From: Eledone cirrhosa
Taxonomy: Eukaryota
Direction: 5' to 3'
Assembly (NCBI GenBank): GCA_964016885.1
Contig: OZ024763.1
Span: 10,168,001-10,232,000, forward strand
Length of the DNA stretch: 64,000 bases
In this document: positions 13,620 to 25,805 of the stretch, piece by piece
Position numbering within the stretch: the first letter of the stretch is position 1
Layout: each line of letters starts with the position of its first letter
Notes under the pieces: generated by a model
What the model was told of the DNA's origin: nothing
The model's database searches: none
The model's input: only the letters and a program-made list of their open reading frames with translations
Translations under genes and position numbers: made by a program

Positions 13620-15023
13620 TATCAATCAACACCGCTACCACAACATAATCAACAAAAACACCATCAAACTCTTCTACAGCACCACACCTAACTTCGCACA
13701 AAACATTGTCTCCTCAAACAACAAAAAACTCAACCCCCATGGAAGAAATAACCTAGACATCAGTGGAGAACCGACCAGGAGGTGTAATTGCCCTGATATA
13801 TCTACGTGCCCCCTCAACAACTAATGCCGAGAACATAACGTAATCTACCAGTGCAACGTGAGGACGGACACCTCCAACAAAGCTTGTATAGGATTAACGG
13901 CGTGTGACTTCAAGACCCGGCTCTACCAACACCGACATACTTTCCGAAACCCGGTCTGGCGACATGCCACTACACTTTCGGGCCACATCTGGGACCTCCA
14001 AGATAATAATATAACCTACAATCTCACTTGGGGCTTACTGTCCAAAGCTAACTCTTACACGGGAGCATGCTGTCCGTCTAACTTATGCTCGGAGGAAACA
14101 TTACAAATGCTGTTTTCGAAGGACCAACTTCTAAACAAGAAAGAGGAACTAGTAACCACATGCAAACACAGATTGCGTAGGACTTACCTCGCCCTCAAAC
14201 CCCATAACGACCCAGGTGGGTAGACAAGGGCTGGTACCCCCCTACTTGCCGAATAAGTTAGGGGAAACCCCAGCTTACTTAGGTAGATGTATCTCTTTTC
14301 TTTTCTTTTCCTCTTTGTCTTCTTCTTCCCCCTGTCTCATCCTATCACTTCTTTCCACCCCCTATTTTCTTCCTCGTCTGCTTTTCCCCTTCGCCTACTC
14401 CGATGTAGCCCATCAGGCCTCTGTAGCATCAATTACCCCACTCCTGTAATTTTAAGATAGAATTGGCCAAATACGTTTTACTAACTACTTATAGCAGACG
14501 TGTTAAACCCCTTTAATTCTGTATCAGTTCTGGTACTACAAGTTTTTTCTACAAGTTTTTTCTATTCTCAACTTATTAACCTGTAATTGTAAGATAGCAT
14601 TGTGATTTTTTTTATTCATTTCTCACTATCTAATTTTATATATTTTTTTTATTTCTTTCTATTATCTTTTTTGTCTCCTACTCTCATTCGATTTACCTAT
14701 TCTATAACCTCCCTCTTCCACTTCATACACTAGCCTTAGAATCTGCTGTATACATATCACTTTCAACACTTGACCGCTCCACTCACTCCCCTATTGTTCT
14801 ACAGGCAAGTTCAGGCACCCCCCTACCTCCCACCAAATGCCATGATAGATGTATTTGTGTTTACAACAAATTTTAACCAATCCTCTTGACAACTACAATC
14901 TTCCCATATAAGGAATTACCCCTTGAAAAGTTCGGCTATTTATTCACCAGGCTAAAAATTCTAATTTAGTTCAGAAATAGCCGTCGAAACGGCTTGAGCT
15001 CTGCCGTCGGGGTCATACTTTTT

Positions 15024-15025
<2 letters not shown>
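13620..15025 (+). mobile_element. Penelope-like element 3' part: RT tail, GIY-YIG endonuclease and 3' terminal repeat
   Basis: NKNTIKLFYS...CNCPD..CPLNN*C..NVIYQC..CIGLT..FKTRLYQH..TTLSGHIWDL; ends in (TA)n. Confidence 0.85.
14918..15013 (+). ncRNA. Hammerhead ribozyme variant with U3-A8 core
   Basis: acccc-TTGAAAA-..cggctattt..aaatagccg..-GAAA-cggc ttgagctct gccg-TC-ggggt. Confidence 0.7.
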
Positions 15026-15088
<63 letters not shown>

Positions 15089-15104
15089 ATATATATATAT
15101 ATAT

Positions 15105-15700
15105 ATACATTATTATTCCTCCGCTTTTTGAATTTGATATTCATAATCATCTTCAGTAAGTCCTGTTCAAAGGCATCCAGTTGAGGGTTGGTAGGTGGGT
15201 TCTTACACGATTTGAAGCCGTATGTTTCCTTGTTATATTCCACGGTGTGACCATTACGTCCTTTGTCGAAATGGAAAGTTTTCCATCTAACTCGGCGTAT
15301 AAACTCGTTTGTTCGCTGTATCATCCCGAGGGTATAATCCTTTCTCAAAGGTATAGGAATGTTCTTTAGGGAAATACCTATGTAATGCTTTTCCATAGTA
15401 GTACCGTATGTTTAGGTGGTTGCTCGACTGATAAGGAGCCTGTAGTTAGGGAAGCAGAAAATTGCTTATTGTGATCCAGTTCGTGGTTAAGAAAGCCAGT
15501 TTCATGGACGGTTTCAACGTATGGTTAGGGGTAACTCCACAAGTTTGTAAGAATTCCGTTCAATCTTGGAGTATAAAGTATAAAAGAGAAAACACAGGTA
15601 AGCATTAAGAAAAGGATTTTATCCAGGTATTTACGACCGTTTCATTGGTAAGTGCAACCTTATATTGTTATACTGCAAATAGCAGCCACTCAATTATAAT
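15105..15700 (-). mobile_element. Penelope-like element 5' end / ORF N-terminus
   Basis: SLKNIPIP..DY....FIRRVRWK.F...ETYGFKS..PP....L..FE.DL..MI.NIKF matches the PLE N-terminus as recalled; truncated at (TA)n. Confidence 0.7.
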
Positions 15701-15962
15701 TGTTGTTCACGTCCAAATTTTCAAAATAGTGAGTAAGATACTCTTGAAATAGTTCTTAATATATAGAGAAAAATATTTTTTGGGAATTGTATTTACTAGT
15801 ATAGAGAGAGAGGAAGAGGAATTAGAAGGTGAGGGGACAAACGGAATAGTATAGAGAGAGAGAGAGGAAGGGAGAGAAGAGTTAGGAAGTAGAGTGACAA
15901 ACTGAGATGGAGGGAGGGGTAGAGGTGGAAGAATTCCTTGATCAGTTTTGATATATATATAT

Positions 15963-16300
15963 GTGGAGCCACATGGCTTAGTGGTTCGAGCATTAGGCTT
16001 GCAATCGAAAGGTTGTGAGTTCAATTCTCAGACCGTGTGATGTGTTGTTTCCTTGAGCAAGACACTTTATTTCACATTGCTCCAGTTTACTCAGCTGTAG
16101 AAATGAGATGATAGGACTGGGTTCCCTATCATTCCACTGTAAAGTGGTCGTGGAGGTACTACGGCAAAAAAGCACCCAGCACTCACTGTAAATGAGGTTG
16201 GTATTAGGAAGGGCATCCAGCTGTAGAAATCAAGCCAGAATCAGTTCCCGTCCCACCCTTGCAAGCAGGGAAAAGCGGACGTAAAATGATGATGATGATG
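15963..16300 (+). mobile_element. tRNA-derived SINE with RTE-derived 3' tail
   Basis: A box tggcttagtggt, B box gagttcaattc, central ccttgagcaagacactt, tail identical to the RTE end at 17712-17770. Related - strand copies at ~11815-12080, 20840-21080, 52885-53150 and 55990-56215. Confidence 0.8.
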
Positions 16301-16367
16301 ATATATATATATGTATAAATATTACTCAATGTAAAATGTAATGCATGAAAAATTGGAAAACATTATT

Positions 16368-16555
16368 GGATTGGCAGTATCGGTAGAGGGTCGGACACCA
16401 TGCTTTGACGCATAGAGTTACGGCCCTTGCCATTCTGAGTTCAAATCCCGCCAAGGTTAACTTTGCCTTTCATCCTTTCGGGGTCGATAAAATAAAGTAC
16501 CAGTAATACACTGGGTAATTGCTGGCCTTGTGCCAAAAGTAGAAACAATTATTTT
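16368..16555 (+). mobile_element. tRNA-derived Nin-domain-type SINE
   Basis: A/B boxes (tggcagtatcggt, gagttcaaatcc), core ctttgcctttcatcc..ggggtcgataaaataaagtacc, (att)n tail. Confidence 0.85.
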
Positions 16556-16919
16556 TTGTAATATATCAAATCAAAACTACATTAAATCTTATTCTTATTT
16601 TGTTTCTTGTAAATAATTTTTTTCAAAATATCAATTCAAAACTTTTGTGAATAGGCATCATATCTTGTCATTTACTTATGGTTTAACTTTCATATAAATC
16701 GAAGGGAAACATCTTTCAGCAGGGGTTTGTTCCCCCGGGGAACCCTTTGGTTAAAATGAAATATACTTATCCAAGTACCCTGGGCAATGTAGTTTCAGAG
16801 TATATAGGGTTATGGGGGGTCTATCTCCAAAACCATAGGAGGAATTGGTGAACAAACAAACAAACAGACAAGAACTACAACTTTATATATATAAGTATAT
16901 TTATTAAAATAACAGATTA

Positions 16920-17770
16920 AAGTTTAAGCAAAGAATGGCCATGTTCGATATGCAGAAAAGGAACTGGCATAAATTCTATAAAATGCACACAATGCAGGTC
17001 CTGGGTACACAAGAGATGTAGCGGGATAGCAGGCAAACTAACAGGTAGGGAGAAATATGTATGCAGTAGATGTACAGGGAAATTAGACAGTAGAAGTCGC
17101 ACTGATAGACACATTTTTCAAATGCGAGAGGGCGCTATAGAAGTGGTGGATAGCTTCCGGTACCTTGGAGATCAGATTAGCATGGGAGGAGGGTGTTCCG
17201 AGGCCATAGTATCTAGAATAAGGACGGGTTGGAAGAAGTTTAGGGAGCTGCTTCCTCTGTTGACGAAGAAGGGTTTCTCCCTGCGTACGAAAGGCCGGTT
17301 GTATGATGCCTGTGTGAGGAGCGCGATGCTGCATGGTAGTGAGACATGGGCAGCAACCGCAGAAGATATGCGACGGCTGGAGAGAAATGAGGCAAGCATG
17401 CTCCGTTGGATGTGCAGTGTAAATGTGCGTGAACGACCCAGCATAAATGTGTTGAGAGAGAAACTGTGTCTGAGAGGGATAGAATGTAGTGTACGGGAGA
17501 GGAGACTGAGGTGGTATGGACATGTGATGCGCATGGAGGATGACCGATGGGTGAAGAAGTGCCAGGAAATGCCAGTTGAAGGAAGACGTGGTAGAGGTAG
17601 ACCACGAAAAACATGGGCGGAGGTGGTGAGAACAGACCTCAGATCATTGAAGCTCACGGTGGAGATGACGAGGGACCGTGACGAGTGGAGAGATGCTGTG
17701 CTGAATAAGACCCGTCCCACCCTTGCAAGCAGGGAAAAGCGGACGTAAAATGATGATGATGATGATGATG
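16920..17770 (+). mobile_element. 5'-truncated RTE-clade LINE
   Basis: EVVDSFRYLG...LHGSETW...[11 protein letters not shown]...GRGRPRKTW; upstream Cys-rich WPCSIC..WVHKRC..C insert; (gat)n tail. Confidence 0.95.
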
Positions 17771-18039
17771 ATATACACACACACATATAGATAGGTATGT
17801 GTGTAGATCAATGTATATTTAGCGTGAACATGTTATTGATGTATATAATAGAAATATAAGTACCATTGATTATAATAATTATGAATATATTACATGTACA
17901 TACATGTAACTTTGTATACATGTGTGTGTGTGTATATATATGTGTGTGTGTCTGTCTGTGTGTACAATAAAGATCATAGAACAGGATACCAGATTAACAA
18001 GTGGAAAATGAGCAATGAATATCATCAATATATATACAC

Positions 18040-18044
18040 ACGTA

Positions 18045-18104
<60 letters not shown>

Positions 18105-18128
18105 TATATGTATATATATATATCTATA

Positions 18129-18168
<40 letters not shown>

Positions 18169-18192
18169 TATATGTATATATATATATATATA

Positions 18193-18232
<40 letters not shown>

Positions 18233-18250
18233 TATATGTATATATATATA

Positions 18251-18296
<46 letters not shown>

Positions 18297-18316
18297 TATA
18301 TGTATATATATATATA

Positions 18317-18356
<40 letters not shown>

Positions 18357-18378
18357 TATATGTATATATATATATATA

Positions 18379-18414
<36 letters not shown>

Positions 18415-18442
18415 TATATGTATATATATATAAATATATATG

Positions 18443-18482
<40 letters not shown>

Positions 18483-18494
18483 TATCTATATATA

Positions 18495-18584
<90 letters not shown>

Positions 18585-18640
18585 TATATGTATATATATA
18601 TATATATATCTATATATATATAGATATATATATATATATA
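18040..18640. repeat. Compound (TA)n microsatellite with ~60-64 bp higher-order period
   Basis: Recurring aaatatatatgta and tcta interruptions. Confidence 0.9.
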
Positions 18641-18644
18641 TTCC

Positions 18645-19985
18645 CTAGATAGGGGAAACTATAGAGGCATTAAATTAATTGACCAGGTCATGAAGGTCAC
18701 AGAAAAAGTAATAGCGCAACTAATCAGAGAGCGAATTGATCTAGACGAAATGCAGTTCGGGTTTGTGTCAGGTAAAAGTACAGCAGACGCTCTTTTCATT
18801 GTACGACAACTACAGGAGAAGTACCTAGCTAAAAGTAAACCCCTATATTTAGCTTTTGTTGACTTGGAGAAAGCCTTTGACAGAGTACCCCGCTCGATTA
18901 TTTGGTGGTCCCTTAGAAAACTAGGTGTTGATGAATGGCTTGTGAGAGCTATACAAGCCATGTATAAAGAAACAGTCAGCAAGGTTAGAATTAACAACGA
19001 ATATAGTGAAGAGTTTAGCGTAAAAGTTGGTGTTCATCAGGGCTCTGTCCTTAGCCCCCTACTATTTATTATTGCCCTTCAGGCTATAACAGAGGAGTTC
19101 AAGACCGGCTGCCCATGGGAACTCCTATATGCAGATGATCTAACGCTCATAGCTGAATCAATGGCTGAACTAGAGAAGAAATTCCAAACATGGAAGCATG
19201 GTCTAGAATCAAAAGGCCTTAAAGTTAACTTGTCTGAGACTAAAGTTCTAGTTTGTAGGAAGGAAAATAGGGCACCGGTCCCATCTGCTCAGTGTGTAGG
19301 AAAGGAGTAGGGAGAAACTCCATTTTATGTCCCAAATGCAAAGTATGGGTACATAAAAGATGTAGTGGGATCACAGGTAAGCTAACTAAGAATATAGATT
19401 TTATATGTGGCCGGTGCTCTGGTGCAATAAGTAGCAGCAAGTGCCCACAGAATACTAACTCATTCCATTGCACAGATGGTTCTATAGAAATAGTGGACAG
19501 CTTCCGTTACCTGGGTGACAAAATCAGCAGTGGGGGAGGGTGCTCTGAAAGTACAGCTACTAGAGTCAGAACGGGATGGAAAAAGTTCCGAGAGCTTATA
19601 CCATTATTGGCCGCTAAAGGGTTCTCTCTAAAAATGAAAGGCAGGCTGTATGATGCCTGTATACGAACAGCAATGTTACATGGCAGTGAGACCTGGGATT
19701 GTGTGCAGAGGATATACACAGACTGGAGAGAAACGAAGCTTGCATGCTCCGCTGGATGTGTAATAGTAATATACGTGAACGGCAAAGCATAAACGAACTA
19801 AGGGAGAAATTAGAAATAAGAGGGATCAGATGTTGTTTACTTGAGAGAAGACTACGTTGGTATGGTCACGTGATGCGCATGAAAGACGACAGCTGTATAA
19901 AAAAGTGCAGGGCAATAAAAATAGACGGTAGCCACGGAGTAGGCAGACCCAGAAAAACGATGATGATGATGATGATGATGATGAT
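18645..19985 (+). mobile_element. RTE-clade LINE reverse transcriptase fragment
   Basis: NYRGI, QFGF, FVDLEKAFD, GVHQGSVLSP, LYADD; frameshifts; (gat)n tail. Confidence 0.95.
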
Positions 19986-20000
19986 ATATATGTGTATATG

Positions 20001-20087
<87 letters not shown>

Positions 20088-20129
20088 ATATATATATATA
20101 TATGTGTGTGTATATATATATGTATATAT

Positions 20130-20585
20130 GTAGGAGGTGAGTTTTATTGTAGTACAATAAAGCAATGCAGATATCGGATAAGAAGCACTCTACAGTTTGT
20201 AGGACTGGAGTATACATAATATATAAGATCAAAAGATGGTTAAAAGAGTTCCATGTATTTTATTATGCGCATTTCAAAAACAAATATCATCATGCAATAA
20301 TATTTGTGTTTTCATCACATAAAATAGGAAGACATGATATGAAGGTTAAAAAACACTTGTGAATAGTGCAGTTTTAAATCAACATATCAGTTTTAAATCA
20401 ACATATCATGATATGTTGATTTAAAACTGCACTATTCACAAGTGTTTTTTAACCTTCATATCATGTCTTCCTATTTTATCTGATGAAAACACAAATATTA
20501 TTGCATGATGATATTTGTTTTTGAAATGCGCATAATAAAATACATGGAACTCTTTTAACCATCTTTTGATCTTATATATTATATA
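20130..20585. mobile_element. Fold-back element (arms ~20215-20408 / 20409-20585) with hammerhead motif at 20472-20542 (+)
   Basis: tattttat-CTGATGA-long stem II-GAAA-tgcgca-TA-ataaaata; the mirror arm core is mutated to GTGATGA; same family as 50495-50850. Confidence 0.8.
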
Positions 20586-20599
20586 TGTATATATATATG

Positions 20600-20630
<31 letters not shown>

Positions 20631-20644
20631 GTATATATATATAC

Positions 20645-20676
<32 letters not shown>

Positions 20677-21710
20677 GTATATATATACATATATATATAT
20701 GTATATATATATATATGTATATATATACATATATATATATATGTATATATATATATGTATATATGTATATATATATATATAGTAATAATAATAAGCAGCG
20801 ATTCTTTGCTTAAACTTTAATCTGTTATTTAATAAATATGTATCATCATCATCATCATTTAACGTCCATATTCCATGCTTGCATGGGTTTGGACGGGAGT
20901 TTTCCCACTTGAGGCAAGAGTGGTTGTCTTGCTCGTATAGGACTGTGTGGTAGGTTTTCTACGGCTGGATGCCCTTCCTAACACCAACAACATTTACAGT
21001 GTGGAACTGGGAGGTTTTTACCGTGTTACCTACACGGCCACATATAGCGTGGACTGTGTGTTTTTTTTGTCGTGACACCTACACATGTATATATATATAT
21101 ATATATATGTATATATAACATTAAGGATACTATTTATAGTTATGTATATTTTAAACCCTAAACAGGGAAGGTCAGTAATTTGTTACTACCTTATTACCAG
21201 TAAGATAAATAGCTCAATGTAATAACATCAGTTGTTCTACAGAGCAGTTATATAGAATTCACAAGAATCAAAGCTATGTTCAAAGCATTTATTCACTTAC
21301 AATTGTTTCATCCAAACCTAGGCTTGGAGTCTTCGGAGCATTTTTCAATGTTTGTACATATAATTGTCCTCCTTTCCAACGCAAGAGACATACAGATACA
21401 TATATATATATTGATGTACAGTGGAGTGACATATATTATACTATACTATATTTGTACAGCAATTCAAAATCAAAATCAAAATTAAAATACATTCGGCAGA
21501 TAACACAGATAATGCAAGAAGATAGTTCTGACTATCAAACTATCAACCGTCAGGGTCCTGAATCTTTTCATTCATATATATATATATATATATATATATA
21601 CTTATATATATATATTAATTATATATAGTAATAATAATAAATGTGAAAACTAAAATCCAAAGAGGGCTCGATAAGGATAAATGTATATCAACTATATAAG
21701 AACCCTAGAG

Positions 21711-21745
<35 letters not shown>

Positions 21746-21852
21746 AGTAAGTATGTTTTGAAACAGCGAGCAAGTTTGAAATCACTGTATTTTTTGACTA
21801 AAGAAATTTTAGCCTGCTAGTGGGGTTTAGAACCCTCAGAGAAATGGAAAAA

Positions 21853-21912
21853 GATGAGTATTGAACTCACATCTTTGGTTATCCAGACCACTGTGCTACC
21901 ATTACACCAACA
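21853..21912 (-). other. tRNA-like Pol III head (SINE head or tRNA pseudogene)
   Basis: - strand tggtgtaatggtagcac...gtgagttcaatactc (A and B boxes); no complete cloverleaf; lies between ~75-100 bp direct repeats. Confidence 0.45.
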
Positions 21913-22042
21913 CATCACCTATCTCCTTCCATTCAAATTAGAAGCTACATTCTTAGCAAGTATGATGGATAGTAAGTATGTTTTGAAACAGCGAGCAAGT
22001 TTGAAATTAGAAAAGAAATTTTAGCCTGATAGTGGGGTTTAG

Positions 22043-22080
<38 letters not shown>

Positions 22081-22253
22081 GTGAGTCTGTGTGTGTATAT
22101 ATATATATATATATCTGTACAGAATTAGCCGTCGAAACGGCTTGAGCTCAGCCGTCGGGGGTCTTACTTACTCCTATTACCCACTCTACTACCCTAAGTA
22201 TTGAGTACTTTGGTGCGTTATGGTCCACCTGGTTCCTTACCACTTTTCCCTCG

Positions 22254-22294
<41 letters not shown>

Positions 22295-22859
22295 CACTCT
22301 CTCTCACATACACACCACGAAATGAAAAAGAAATTATTCATACACATATTTTCCATAAATAACCCCTCTCCAAATTTCTGATTGAAAGCCATGACTAATA
22401 CTATACTCTGTATTTTTAATTATCTACCACAAAAATACCTGTGACACACACACACTCACTCTCTCTCTCTCTCTCTCTCACACACACCACTACAAAAACA
22501 AACAAATATATATCTATAATCATAAAACATGTCTATAGGATCACCAGATAAAATATATACCGTTTCCTCTCCCAATTAGCATAATTAAGCATATTATGCT
22601 AATTTGGGTCACTTTCTGTCCTCACTAACTGATACAACTGAATTTTTTCGTTGTCGCTTGTGTGGTTGAAATCTTGTAATCTGTGACTAGGAATCTCATA
22701 AATACAACACACCAAAATACAGGGTCAGGACGAGAAAAAGGGAAACGAAAACGACCATCAATTCACCACTTAATGCGACGGCCACACATCGAAATAATCT
22801 TCTCCCCCCCCCCCTTTTTTTTTTCTTTCTGACCATGTATTTTGGTGTGTTGTGGTTGT

Positions 22860-23150
22860 AAAATTATGTTACAAATGAATTCAATCTTGGTTTGAATTTT
22901 CTGATAAAGAGTTTCTTTTTATTAATTCGATCTTGTTCTGTGATTTCATAACTACGTTGGTACAATGGGAAACTATAGAAGTTTGGAAGCGTTTTGTATG
23001 TGTATATACTTGGCGGGGCAATAAAATCTTTAGAATAGTAGGCTGCGTGCCGTATATAGCAGTAAATGTAGTTAATATTAGTTGGAATTTGAACTTTGTT
23101 GTACACGTGTGATATTCTGTATGAATGCTGTATTTTGTCACAGGCCCATG
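22860..23150 (-). mobile_element. Degenerate GIY-YIG C-terminus (Penelope-like)
   Basis: NYIYC...FYSFPLYQ...RINKKKLFIRKFKPRLN resembles the R..E..FI..FKP.LN end of PLE endonucleases. Confidence 0.5.
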
Positions 23151-23198
23151 CATAATTATTTTGTTGTCATTCTTGTGAGTTTATAATACACGCATCGA

Positions 23199-23715
23199 AT
23201 GGATTTAAGTCAAGATTTTAGAGCATATGTTTTCATTGAATGGAAACGAGGCAAATCAGCAACAAATATTATTGCACAGTTGAATAAGGATGGAACTAAC
23301 AATATTCCAGTAAATTCAACCATTTATCATTGGTTGAAACAATTTAAAGATGGCAGTAGATCATCACTTATTGATGCTCCTCGTTCTGGCCATCCTTGCA
23401 CAACCACTATTCGTGCAAACGTTCAACTCATTCAAAGTATCATTGATACAGAACCAAAACAATCATTGTGTTGCATTGCACATCTTACTGGAATAAACAA
23501 AGAAACGGAACAAACAAAGAAATGTGAATCGTTGCACAGGTTTCGACAATTGCCAAAAGAACAGTTCCAGAAAGAGTTAAATGCTTTACATAAGCACTGT
23601 AAAGATGTTATTGCATTCAATAGAGATAATGTTTTGCAAAATAAATAAATTTTAGTTTCAATGTGCGTTTTCATTTAAAGGGTTACTCTAAATACTTTAT
23701 TGTCACGACAAGTAT
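23199..23715 (+). mobile_element. Internally deleted mariner/Tc1 transposase
   Basis: HTH region FRAYVFIEWKRGKSA..STIYHWLKQFKDG..DAPRSGHP joined directly to the C-terminus; no DDD domain. Confidence 0.8.
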
Positions 23716-23869
23716 ATATATAGTATAAAGTAATATGTTTTCGATAATGTCTTATTTAATTCTGATGAGTTCTAAAATTGAGTTTTAGTATTGAGGAAAC
23801 GCACGTAACTTAAAATATGATTAGAGTGTTTGGCTTATTTTTCAATGAGTATGTGTGTATATATATATA

Positions 23870-24775
23870 TATGGTCAGGTCACCAGTTGGTGCTACTGGT
23901 AACATGTATTCCAGTACAACCTGTCCCATGGTCGGGTCGTTGGCGACTAAACTGGCAACCCCACTAAGGTTTCTTGATGAGGAGGGTGACTTTGGACATC
24001 CTGCAGGACTAAAAACAAAACCTGTCAAAGGGCAAACGACTCTTAAGAGTCAATGGCCATCCAAAATTACCGGGAGAGATGACCCCTTAGCCTTTGTCAA
24101 GGCAGAATTCTAGGAGAAGGAAAACTCTGATATAACACCTGGAACCCTGATGGTATCCAATGATGTTGACTTGTTCTTCTTTTTGGTAAATATCATGTTG
24201 GTTAAGAGAGTGGGACTGGCTTTGTGCAGTGCCTTTGCTCACTATAAAAGCTTCACGGCAGACATTGCTTTATATCTGGAGATCTCTCTGCACTTGTCGT
24301 CACAGGGTACAATGGGCCTAGCACTATGGGTCAATAATTGTCACAAGTGTAGTGTTTGTACCAGAGTTTTCAAGTCGCTGGCTGGACTAAAGTCACATTC
24401 GTTCAGCGCATCGGTAGGAGTTCTCCTACATGGATATAAAGTAGTGGCCATACTCGAAAACGAGTTGGCAGCCACCATATATATATATATATATATATAT
24501 ATGCAACTTTGTTTGCATCAAATGATGTAGATCAGTTTTACTTTTTGGGTAAATGCATTTGATGTTCAGAGAGTGGGATTGGCCCTGTGCAAAGCCTTTC
24601 CTCACTTAAAAAAGCTTCAAGCAGAGGCATCGCTTGGTATGTGACATTTTTTGCGATGCATAGTATTGCTGGTCATAGGCAAGTCCCTAGCAGGACTGAA
24701 AAGCCATGTCAATGATGTTCATGCTTAAGTATCAAGCGATGGCATTATTCGAAACCGAGTTGCAGCCATTATGGT
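23870..24775 (+). mobile_element. Non-autonomous RTE-related retroposon plus a diverged partial second copy
   Basis: CSVCTRVFKSLAGLKSH zinc finger, then ...gaaaacgagttggcagcca; partial repeat at 24570-24770. Confidence 0.5.
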
Positions 24776-25165
24776 GGATTGGCAGTATCGGTAGAGGGTC
24801 AGATGCCATGCTTTGACACATAGAGTTACGGCCCTTGCCATTCTGAGTTTGAATCTCGCCGAGGTTAACTTTGCCTTTCATCCTTACGGGGTCGATAAAA
24901 TAAAGTACCAGTAATGCACTGGGTAATTGCTGGCCTTGTGCCAAAAGTAGAAACAATTATATATTTATATATATATAATTGATTCTACTTTTGGCACAAG
25001 GCCAGCAATTATCCCAGTATATTACTGGTACTTTATTTTATCGACCCCGTAAGAAATGAAAGGCAAAGTTAACCTCAGCGGGATTTGAACTCAGACCGTA
25101 AAGGGACATAACTCTGTGGTGGAAAGTATGGCGTCCGAACCTCTACCGATACTGCCAATCCACCG
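24776..25165. mobile_element. Two Nin-type SINEs tail-to-tail
   Basis: + copy 24776-24960 and - copy 24980-25165. Confidence 0.85.
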
Positions 25166-25407
25166 ATATATTGATAAGTAGAATCGAGGTGGCAGAGTAT
25201 TATCATTAAGTTTATTCGGTACATTAACCTCTTTCTATATATATGTATGTGTGCTTGTGTGTGTATATATGTATATATGTATATATATATGTATATACTA
25301 TACACACGTGTGTAGGTGTCTATATTATAATCTTAATTACAATAACTAAGAAACATTAAAGATCATCAATAATTCAGTGAGACGTGCAAACAAATGCAAA
25401 TGTACAC

Positions 25408-25453
<46 letters not shown>

Positions 25454-25607
25454 GTGTGTGTTTGTATATATATATATATACACAAAACGCCACCACCAAA
25501 AGTTTTGCAAGAGATGTCAACATGAATGGACCTGTTATTTTTATCTAAAGACATTTTTTCCAATTCCATCCCGCCCGTCTCCTCAATCTATTTTATTTCT
25601 CATTCTT

Positions 25608-25643
25608 TCTTCTGATGAAGGACTAGCCTCCGAAACGTTAAGA
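25608..25643 (+). ncRNA. Minimal hammerhead ribozyme motif
   Basis: tctt-CTGATGA-a gga ctagcc tcc-GAAA-cg-TT-aaga. Confidence 0.6.
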
Positions 25644-25728
25644 CCCTCTTCCTGCAATATCAAGCGTTAACTTAATATATACCTTCCATATACTGTACCG
25701 ATTGTGTTGTTATTTCTGTTTACCTTTT

Positions 25729-25799
<71 letters not shown>

Positions 25800-25805
25800 T
25801 ATATA

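Noticed and set aside
13780-14223. Selenoprotein-type (Naiad) Penelope-like element
   Set aside because: The endonuclease is C-terminal, the in-frame stop is TAA rather than TGA, and no SECIS was recognised.
15963-16035. tRNA gene (also 16368 and 21853)
   Set aside because: Only A/B boxes are present; no convincing acceptor stem; the 15963 and 16368 heads continue into multicopy SINE bodies.
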